Positions 49,501 to 61,500 of a DNA stretch of 64,000 nt are shown in pieces. The stretch's first letter is position 1. Every line of letters begins with the position of its first letter. Source of the stretch: Ruditapes philippinarum (taxonomy: Eukaryota); assembly GCF_026571515.1 (NCBI RefSeq), contig NW_026865890.1, positions 1 through 64,000 of the forward strand. Direction: 5' to 3'. The notes beneath the pieces are model-generated. The model did not search any database, was not told where the DNA came from, and saw only the letters and a list, made by a program, of their open reading frames with translations. Made by a program: the position numbers and the translations under genes.

Positions 49501-52500
49501 ATTATGCTTCAGAAGCAAATAAATTTTTGCTTGTTTAGAATGTACTACCATGAATTCTATAACATTTAAATAATGAATTTCGAGTATATTAGATGCTTTT
49601 TTCTGAAGAAAGTCAATTGCTAAATGCTACATAATTTGTTATTAAAGTAGCAAAATGTAAACAAAGTAATATTTTCACTTCCATACAAAATACTTAATCA
49701 CTATTACTTTATGAATTGCTAAAAAAGCAACAGAAGAGAAAGTCAGTGTTCAGATATTAAATGGCCAAATTGAGTTAAACCTTAAATTGGAAACTTAACA
49801 TGATACCAAAAATAAAAAAAACTTTTGAGAAATAAAAATACATGTAGGGCATAATGTGACTTTAAAGAGAGGCAACACAATTAGTCATGTCCAGTCTTCT
49901 GTCAGCCACTATGAATGTATATTTTAATTGGGCAGGGTCCTTTACCAGACCTAAATGAAGAAGGAAATAAATTGCTGGCTTTATATAAATTACATGTGTT
50001 TCATGTTTCAGGGTTGTCCTGTATATATGTTGTGGAGGGAAGTTGTGAGGTAGATTACTGTAAGAATAATGCCACATGTGTTCATAACAACACCTTCAAC
50101 ACAACCACATGCAAGTGCCCACCACAGTAAGTCATTCTTTACTCTGTGAAATAATTAGCAGTAGTCTTCTTTAACTTTGAATTTTGTAATAGAACTACAC
50201 TGTATATTATAATTACTTTGGCTTCATATGGGTTAAGGTTATTTTCTTCAAAGCTCTTGCCTCTCACCATCAAAGTTTTGAGTCCGGTCAGGGACTTTAA
50301 GGATTCTTTCATTTTAGGAAGCTATTCAGCTAGCTTATGAAACAATGATGGTTCTACTCAGGTGCAAGCTAAGTTAATGTGCATGAAATATTACACAAAG
50401 GAGGTCTTTCCCCACTAGTAAACCTGGAAAGTCGCCATATTACCCTTAAAGTGTTGGTTTGACTTTTAAACCATTTACCAACAAAAAACAAATACTACCA
50501 CTTTATATTCATTCTTTCAAAGTAGGAAGTTTTCCATTAGAAAAATCTCGATGGCCATAAGCAATTTTCTCTACATCTGTCGTACATGTAGGTTATGTCA
50601 AAACGCAAGTCAGCTTTGATTTTCTCTAAAATCTATCCATCATTGACAAAGTAATGCCCATCTATATGCAAATAAGTAATTTTCCATTATCTTTGAAAGG
50701 CTTATGTATGCTATTGCCCCAAAAAATAAGACTGTATATATTTTCATTCACATTTGATGGAACAATCATCATTTGTGCTTTTAAATATAACTATATATTT
50801 GCTATTTCTTTTAAGGCATATTTTTGTATGTGATACCTGATTATGGTATAAAATTTGCGTTGGGTATAATGGTGCTTCTGTTAGACTTTCCATGTTGAAA
50901 TATCCCAAGCAAATTAATGTTTTATCTTACAGAAATAAAAAAGGCACATCAGCTCCTTCACAAATGAAGGGGGAAAAAGCCTTAAATATTTTACCTTTCT
51001 ATAAACTTTATGTTTATATATTTGTTTTAGATATACTGGAGAATTCTGTGAAACATTAAACACTCCATGTGAGCCTGACCCATGTTACCATGGTGGCACC
51101 TGTACAGTGGAGGCTGATGGATTTAACTGTGCCTGTACCCGGCATTTCCTAGGTGACAGGTGTGAGGCTGTTAGAAGGTATTGTCTCTATGACAACCCAT
51201 GTGACAACAACGCTGTCTGTGAAGATATACACAATGGTATGTTAATTATAGTCTCAGGTGACCTTAAACTTTGTGAATTTGTTTAATGGATGTGCTTGAA
51301 TTTTGAACCTAATGTGAACACCTTGTGAACACCAAAAGTTCATATTACACTCGTGGCTGCGCCACTCGTGAAATATACCTTTTGGTGCTCACTCGGTGAA
51401 ATATATTCCTATCTTACACTGAACTAAACAAATATCCTCTATATCATCTATGCATAATTATGCATTTGTTCTACATGTTTCAGGAGGATATACATGTTAT
51501 TGCACCCCTGGTTACTATGGCAACCATTGTGAGAAAGAGATAGATGAATGCAGACCCTCACCATGTGATGAGACAGCAACCTGTCAGGATGAAGTAAATG
51601 GATACACATGTCTTTGTCCACCTGGTATGTATTATCTGAAATAACTTAAGTGCTGTACCTTCATTTAATAGGTTACCTGAAATAGCCTCTATTGAATTAA
51701 GCTAGGTAATCTGAAATAGTATAAGTGCACTATCTTCATTGAATAGGTAATCTGAAAAAAGCTTAGGTGCTCTATCTTCGTTGAAATGTTATCTGAAATA
51801 ACCTTCAATGAAAAGGTAAACTGAAAATGCTTAAGTGCTGTACCTGCTGTACATTAGTGATGTTCCGATTGTCGCAAGTCGCCGATAATCAGTTACTGTT
51901 ATGTAAAACGACATAATCGGTTCTCAAAAATTTGTTCCGCGATTTGTGGAAATTGTTTAAAGTATCAAAGGGAATTAATTCTGACGATAATTTTCTTTTA
52001 GGAACACCTCGCCGATCGCAAAAAAATCGCTCAGAGACAACTTAGGGTTTAACAGGATCAATAAGTAATGTAAACAATAGTAATATAATGTGACGTGTGT
52101 GACGGTGAATGGTATTATTTGACATCCATTGAAAAATAAAATCTAATTCGTTAAAATTATGACTATATAAGGTTAAAACTGTGTTGAAAAGTGCTAAATG
52201 AAGTTCATGTTACTAAATATAATCAAGTGCCATGGTAAGAAATGTTACTTCCCTATTTCCTTTTAACGCGACTTTATTCGAAAAGTTATCGATTATGTCC
52301 CATCCGTCTGAACCGATGATCGATTGGGACAAATTTTATCCGATTTCCATCACTACTGTACATCATTGAATAAGTAATCTGAAATAGTATAAGTGCTCTA
52401 TCTTCAAGGGATAGGTAATCTGTAGAAGCCTTCATTGAATAGGTAATCTGAAATAGCTTAGGTGCTTTAGACTAAGCTTTATTTAATAGGTAATCTGAAA

Positions 52501-55500
52501 TAGCTTAGGTGCTTTAGACTAAGCTTTATTTAATAGGTAATCTGAAATAGCTTAGGTGCTTTATTTTCATTGAATAGGTAACTGAAATAGCTTAAGTACT
52601 CTACCTTCATTGAATAGGAGTGCTTCACATTTATTGAATAGGTAAACTGAAATAGTTTATGTGCTCTACCTTCGTGTATAGGTAATTCGAAATAGCTTAA
52701 GTACTGTATCTTCATTGAATAAGTTATCTGAAATAACTTAAGTACTGTATCTTTATCATTGAATAGGTTATCTGAAATGGCCTAAAATATTAATGCTCTC
52801 TCTTTATTGAATTAAGCTATGTTATTTGAAATAGCATAAGTGCTGTATCTTCATTGAATATGTAATCTTAAATAGTTTAAGTGCTCTCTCTTTATTGAAT
52901 TAAGGTAATCTGAAATAAATTAAGTGCTCTATCTTTGTAAATGTGAAAAAGCTTATTTCATTTATCAAAGACTATACAATGACCCTCTTATTAAAATATT
53001 TATTTAGGCAGAACAGGGGTACACTGTGAGACAGTCGCCACCTCTGGTTGTACATCACAGCCTTGTATGAATGCTGGTACATGTACAAACACCGGAGTTG
53101 ATGCTCTGTACAGTTGTACCTGTGTTGAAGGATACACAGGTGTCCACTGTCAAACTAACATTGATGATTGTTTACAAATACAATGTGGTCAGTATCAGAT
53201 ATGTTCAGATCTGGTCAATGGTTACAGGTTAGTTTCTTAATATGTTCCATTTTGTATTTCATCTTTTGATAAACTTTGACATTTATTACTGAAACTTTCA
53301 CAAACTGGATGGAATTAGGCTTCCTTGACAGTTACAATGTATTATTCGAACCAAAGTTGAAGGTCATAAAGAAATTTCTTAGTCTCAAATTCAGATTTCA
53401 AGAATTTGACTGGTCAGAAGTTTACACAGAACTTTCACTGACCAAGGAAAATCCTTAGATTTGGGACAGAGCTTAGAAAAAAGTTTTATAACCAAGAGAC
53501 CAGTACTTACTTTTTCTTTGCATTTCCATTTAATAATTGAAAGTACAAAAAGAAAAAGCTTTTACTTACTATGCATTATATAGATTTGACATCTGAATCA
53601 TTATGAGACCCTGGACTTGTTTTCTGTTCACATATTTTTTAGATGTGACTGTATTGCGGGGAGAACTGGAGACACATGTGAGGAAGTTGTGGACACTTGT
53701 GTCAGTCAACCATGTCAGAATATGGGGACCTGTGTACATGATACAGACAGATATATATGTAACTGCCCAAAGGTCAGTTTGAGAAGTCTTTTGTAACTAT
53801 GGTTTGTATATTATTAAGAAATGAAATGTACATGTACAACCAAATATAATAATCTCAGTAACAATTGTCAACAAGCTACTTTAGATACAATACATGCATT
53901 CACTCAATCCTGACTGACTCAAAAGCATCATCCTTTAAGAAGATTCCATCTGTATCACATTGGTCCCAATTATTACCAAAACACTAACATTATTTCAAAT
54001 TCAGGTGTCTGCAATTAAGGGTAGTTAAAGTTGTTGACTTCAAATTACTTGTCCCTCATTGTTGTGGCAGGGACTATGGATTCTTTCATATGATGAAGCT
54101 ATCCAGCTAGCTTACAGAATGTCTGTGGTGCTATTCAGGTACCAATTAGTGCCTAAAATAATGCATGGAGGGACAACTTAGGTTTTCCTAGCAACTTGCC
54201 ATATGACCTGTACTGTGCTGGTGTGGTGTAAACCCCTCTAAAAAAGAAAAGCTAACATTATTTCTTTGATGAACTGGCCCCATGTTCACAAATTAGGAAA
54301 AGTTTGGATTAGAATCAAATTTAATGATCCTGATTTTTATACATTGCTTTATGACACTAAAATTGATAGTATTTTGCTTAAGTTAAAAAATACATAAACA
54401 AAATGTTAAATATCTGTAGTAATAAAGTGGACAAATAACAATACAAATGCAAAGCTAATCTGGACGGAATAACTTATAAGAAACAATTTTAAGATCATGA
54501 TCAGCTTTTGGATCAATGGTAAAATGCACATATCATATAAAGTAACAAAAAACAATTATATCATAAACATGATATTTTCAGTCCACTTTTATCAAGTAAA
54601 TACTGAATATTTATTCTATGAGGATAAACAATGGTGAATATTTGAGTTTTTGATTTTGAATTTTTGATTCCTATCTCTATCCTGATTCTAAAATCTTAGT
54701 GAATTAGGGCCTGATGACTTGTCAGCAAACATGTATGTTAAGAAAAGTTGGCCTTGAAATCATGATGATTTAGTTTTTAAGGGAGACCGTGAACAGAAAC
54801 ACTAAGTCACAGCTACAGCATTTTTGTACATTTAACACATGTATTTTGTGATGTTGTTACAGGGTTACGCTGGAATTCACTGTGAAACGCAGATTGACCC
54901 GTGCTTCCCTAACCCCTGTCATCACCAGGCTATCTGTATTACCAATCACACACTGTCCACAGGATACATGTGTAACTGTACTGAACATTTCCTGGGTGAC
55001 AGGTGTGAGGGTAAGATTACAAGCTGTCAATCATCACCATGTCACTCTGGTGGAACATGTACAGAGAACATTGATACACCAGGGTATACCTGTAAGTGTG
55101 CCAGCAGATACACTGGTACCCAGTGTGAGACAAGGCTGGATGGTTGTCTGCTTGCAGGATGTAACAATGGTGGAACATGTACACACTATAATACAGGTAA
55201 GGGAAAATTGATGACTGTATTTGATGTAATTGAATAGTTTTCATTATAATAATAATTGGGTGAGCGATATGAGGCCGTAATGGCCCTCTCTTTTAATAGA
55301 TATTGCTCATGTCCCTTCAGAGAGAGTGTTAGTCATTTAATATTAACAACCAGTAGTACAAGAGAGCAATTCTTACAGCATTATTAGCAGGTTCTGTAAC
55401 TTGCCTATAGCAATCCCCAAAACTCATTTCATCAAAGTTTTGCCCAAACAAGTAAGATATTGTCATTGGAGTATGGAGGTATGAAACTCACAAGCCTTGG

Positions 55501-58500
55501 ATCTTTAATTCAGCATTTTTATGCTCCCCGAAAAATGCTCCCCGAAAAATTTCGGGGGAGCATATAGTCATCGGGTCCGTACGTACGTCCCAAATTCGTG
55601 TCCGGCCCATAACTTTGTTATTTGAAGTCAGATTTTAAAACTATTTCACAGAAATGATCACCATATTGAGACGACGTGTCGCGCGCAACATTTGGGTCGC
55701 TACCTTGAAGGTCAAGGTCACAGCATGACCTTGCAGCAAAATCGTGTCCGGTCCATAACTTCATTATTTGAAGTCGGATTTTAAAAATATTTCACAGAAA
55801 TGATCACCATATTGAGACGACGTGTCGCGCGCAACATTTGGGTCGCTACCTTGAAGGTCAAGGTCACAGCATGACCTTGCAGCAAAATCGTGTCCGGTCC
55901 ATAACTTTGTTATTTGAAGTTGGATTTTAAAAATATTTCACAGAAATGATCACCATATTGAGACGACGTGTCGTGCGCAACATTTGGGTCGCTACCTTGA
56001 AGGTCAAGGTCACAGCATGACCTTGCAGCAAAATCGTGTCCGGTCCATAACTTTGTTATTTGAAGTCGGATTTAAAAAATATTCCACAGAAATGATCACC
56101 ATATTGAGACGATGTGTCGCGCGCAACATGTGGGTCGCTTCCTTGAAGGTCAAGGTCACAGCATGACCTTGCAGCAAAATCGTGTCTGGCCCATAACTTT
56201 GCTATTTGAAGTTAGATTTAAAAAGTATTTCACAGAAATGATCATCATATTAAGATGATGTGTCATGCACAACATTTAAGTCGCTACCTTGAAGGTCAAG
56301 GTCACAGCATGACCTTGCAGCAAAATTGTGTCCGGCCCATAACTTCCTTATTTGAAGTCAGATTTTTAAACTATTTCACAGAAATGATCACCATATTAAA
56401 ATGGCGTGTCATGCGCAACATTTGGGTCACTACCTTGAAGGTCAAGGTCACAGCATGACCTTGCAGCAAAATTGTGTCCGACACATAACTTCATTATTTG
56501 AAGTCGGATTTTACAACTATTTCACAGAAATGATCACCACAATGAGACATTGTATCGCGCGCAACATTTGGGTCGCTACCTTGAAGGTCAAGGTCACGGT
56601 ATGACCTTGCAGCAAAATCATGTCCGGCCCATAACTTTGTTACTGGAAGTTGGATTTAACAACTATTTCACAGAGATGATCACCATATTGAATCGACGTG
56701 TCGCATGCAACATTTAGGTCACTACCTTGAAGGTCAAGGTCACAGCATGACCTTGCAGCAAAATAATGTCAGGCGCATAACTTTGTTATTTGAAATCGGA
56801 TTTTACAACTATTTCACAAAAATGATCACCATATTGAGACAATGTGTCGTGCACAATATTTGGGTTGTTTTTACACTTTGAACTTTGTCTGTGACATAAC
56901 TCTGACACAACAAGAGGTATACCTTCCTGTGTCCAAAACCTATTCGGGGAGCATCACCCGGTTCAACCGGCTCTTGTTTCCAAATGACAAAAGTTCTACT
57001 GCTGATGGTATTTACAAAGCATCAGGTTTAATTGTACACTCAGTTGTTGATTAACTACTACTACACTTACCAATATTTGATGAAGTTTGATGAAGTTTGT
57101 TAAGTGTAAAGAATTAAGATACTTGGTGATTTTAGACAAATTTACAAATGTACCTGAGCTTCTAAATTTCAGATTTTAAGTTTTTAACATATCATCTCAT
57201 TACTTTTGTATTTTATGTTGCCAGGACACAATTGTACGTGTACACCGGGGTGGACAGGTGAAGATTGCAGCATTGATAAGGATGAGTGTAACATATCACC
57301 TTGTTACAATGGGGCTGCTTGTATCAATTTACCTGGTTCCTTTATCTGTTTGTGTGGTGACAACTGGACTGGGAACCACTGTGAACAAGATGTAGCAGAC
57401 TGTAACACAACTTTTTGTAAGAATAATGGTACATGTATAGAGAAAAAAGGTGAACAGTCCAAGTGTCAGTGCAGAGAAGGTACTATGTACATGTTATGTT
57501 ATTTAATTGTTTATCTAATTGTTATGCCAATTTTAACACATTGGGTCATATCTTGAAAGTCATTCTACCTTTAACTGGCTTTTCTGGATAACTAAATATA
57601 AGTAATATATCTAATAGTATTTACATCTATCAACTTATGAATATAATTAATGATACTTAAGTTTCACAATATACAACTACTTGACATTTTATTATATGTT
57701 ATACCTTATGATGTATTTTGGGCCGGAGGCCTTTATTTACAAATAAATGATTTGAGTTGAGTTGAGTAATTACCAAAATATTGGCAAATGACCGACTTTA
57801 TACTTTCTGAATCAGTGTTGAGAGACATTTATATGACCATTAGACTCAAAGTCTGAGGTCTTTCATGGCACAAGCAATACTGTCTAGCCCAGGGTTTGAA
57901 CTACCATTCCCATGGATTACAAATCTGATGCACATTGACCTAAGTTAAGATGGACATAAATATGTTATTTAGAGTAAAGGGAATGCTATACTTGTACCTC
58001 CGTATATGAGAATATGTTTACTGTAAATTGCAAAAATATTCTTTTATGTAGATTTTCAATTAAACTACAATGCAATGTATATTTAACACTTCCTTCTGGT
58101 TTTATAATTCTGGTTATGAACCTTTCAGACTGACAATAAATCTTTAATTCTATAAGCATTCAACTATAAGCTTGGTGATATGATCAGCTTAATAATCGTA
58201 TTTGTTTTTTACTTTTAAATGGGGTTTTAATGGCCAAGTGGTTAAAGTCATTGACATCAAACCACTTGCCTCTAACCGCTGTGAGTTTGAATCCTTACAG
58301 GGACTTTGGATTTTTTCATGAGCTAGCAAACCGAACGTTGGTGGTTCTACTCAGGTGCCCATTCATGCCTGAAATAATGCATGGAAAGGCACCCGAGGTC
58401 TTCCTCCACCAGTAAAGCTGGAATGTTGTCATATGACCTGTACTGTGTTGGTGTGACATAAAACTCAAAACCTAAAAAATATTATTTTTTTTACTTTATT

Positions 58501-61500
58501 CAGAATTTCAAATATATTATATATAATAAATATATATTTAGGAACAACTGGTATATATTGTGAGACAGTGCTGGATGGATGTGACTCGGACCCTTGTGCC
58601 AATGATGCTCAGTGTATTAGTGGCAACAGAAACTTTACATGTCTGTGTCTACCAGGATTTCAAGGTCAGACATTTATTTAATTGTTATTAAAACATTTAT
58701 TCATCCTGTTATTTAACTTTATTTTACTGTTACCCTCATCGCAGTAATATTCTTATCATGTACATGTAAAATTTAATGAAGGTGATATTTTAAAGGGACT
58801 CCATTGAAATACATGTATTTGGATGTGAGGAAGCTGAATATATTTTTTTCAAGATTTTATACCATTTTTTGTACCTGTATACAATTAACTTGTGTTTAGA
58901 ATTTCAGATCTTTAACTCACTCCATTTTTCAGAATAATAATTTCCAATAAGGAAAGGGTTTAAACATTTTGAACTCAAAATGGGCTAAGAATCACACTAG
59001 GTATTGATAATTATTTTCATTTTGGATTTTTTTTTGGTCATCTGTTTCATATTTTCACTGAGGATCATTAAGCAATTGTGCTAAATTTTTATTCAGTTGC
59101 AAAAACTTACTTGACTGATCCATAAAATGTGTAAAAATTAATGTTCTTTATTTTAGGAAGGTTTTGTGAGGAGAATATAAATGATTGTGAATCCGATCCA
59201 TGTATGAACAATGGTACATGTGTAGATGGTGATAATTACTATGTTTGTACATGTATACAAGGATATCAAGGTACTGTATGAAGTACATTTTAACATTAAC
59301 AAGTACATTTTTTAGTCTCTTTTCAAGATAGCAATACATGTACATGCAGGCATGTAACCATTACTTATGCTAATTTCTTCTTAAGACAACTACAACTAAA
59401 AGGTCAACTGCTTAAAGCTTGGACAGATTTGTAAGTACAAACATTGAGGTGACTTTTATGACCCAGCTACTCTAAGGGGAAAGCATATAGATTTGCCCTT
59501 GTTTGTCAGTGTCACATTGTCATATATATTGTCCACCATAGACTGACAAAACAGTTGGAATTTTGGGGCATTTAAGTCTTATAGACACATTAAGTTAGCC
59601 CGTCTGTTTGTCGTTGTCATCATTTTTGTAGTTGTTTAGCAAAGACTCTAATGTAGCCTATTATTAAAATTTTGAAAGTTATCTGAACAATTATTAAACT
59701 TGGGTAACTTTCTAACAATGACAATGTGTAGTTGTTAGACAAGGGGCATAATTCTGAAAGCAATTTTTTTGCCTCTTTTTATCATAATTTATTTTAAAAG
59801 ACAATCATGCACTCACTGTTCTCTTGTCACCTTTTACAGTTAATACTTAATCAGATAAACTCGTAGCTCTCTGTAAGTGTATGTTTCAATATGATCTGAA
59901 CTTACAATAAAAAGAAATATTTCGATAAATTTTTATCACAATAATTTTTTATTCACATTTAAGTTAATTAACCTTTTCAGAATTTTCAGAATTTCAAGTT
60001 GGTAAGGCTAAATTTAAGAACTTTAGGAACCTCACATTTCTATGCTTTGAAATTGCATCAAACTTTCAGTTAGTCCTTCGACTGTGTGCAAGAGGAATTA
60101 AAGACTTGAATTGACCTCAATTTCTGCTTTGTGTATTAATATCTTTCTAAATTTAATTTTCTGAAGCATTCAGCTTTTAAATAATTAATTAAAGATTTCT
60201 TTTAAAAATATTTTAAAATGGACACTGTTTGGATGTGTCAAATCATGGAATACTTGAATATATTATATCAACATTTACTCTGGTGTTTATATTTTAGGTG
60301 TGAACTGCAGGGAGGAAGTCGAGGAATGTAAAAGCGCCCCCTGTCTTCATGGTGGTGTCTGTACAGAACCAATTATCAACCAGTATCATTGTGATTGTCT
60401 GCCTGGTCTCCATGGCAACAATTGTGAAATAGTGACAGTAGCAACATTTGATGGTTCAACTTTGATCAGGCTTGAGCCACTGACCGGTTTCAAGAGAATC
60501 CACCGAGAGGTTTTGCCAGAAAGTGATATACAAAATGAAGAGTTTAACGTAACCAAGGCAACTATATCATTCTGGTTTTCTACAAGCATATTCCAGGGCA
60601 CAATTCTCTCTATTGCAGATGTAAGTATTATCTTGAAATCTTAGTTAGTTTGAAATTTATAATTCTATTCTGTCTTGTAGAACATTTCAAATCAAAATTT
60701 TTATGCACTCCTGTGTTTGAAATAATATACCTTATGGTACATGTATTCTATAAAACAATCTCTGTCATACATGTAGTGTAAAGCAGGAATATGGAAATAT
60801 GACCATGATAAAATATGGGATATTTGTCCTCTGATCTAAAACTTTATTATCAGATATTTGCCCCTAAGTTGAACAATAAAGGTAGACTAAGATTTACCCT
60901 TAACATATTTAATGGGTTTACCCTGTTTTGAATTTGGGTCTGTCCATTACAATTTTAAGAGATTTCATTAACAACAGAAAGAACCTGGTCAGACTGCATT
61001 GAAGTGCAGATTGGCATGACACTCTACTAAGTGACAAAAGAAACTTACTTTTGGTTCCAGCACGTAACAGGTTAATATGATTTATGATTTATATTAAAAA
61101 TCTTTGACTTTTTATTGTATTATCTCTGCAGGTATCAGAAAATGTTCATCTTCTTGTGCAGTTGGACAACAGGAAAGTTCTGGTGTCCATTGGCATGTAT
61201 GGTGAGACAGTGTCTGGCAGTATAGAGCCTCTGTCGCAAGCAACGGTGATGTCACATAATGTACACCTTACTATCACAACATCTCATACCAATATCACCA
61301 TTGACAACTGTCCAGAGGGAGGTAACTGTGATCTTATACTTCAATATACCACAGTGGGTGAGGCAATAAATTTGAGAGGACATCTTGTGATTGGAGGAGT
61401 GGATATTGTGACACCATATTTGAGGAGTAAAATGCGATCATTATCAAAGTTTACTGGATGTATAGGGGTAATTTTTATTTTACTCATACCTGCATGATAA

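Noticed and set aside
55984-57054. Repeated ORFs (…[13 protein letters not shown]…)
   Set aside because: Translations of the 146-bp satellite units; unit length is not a multiple of 3 and stops recur.
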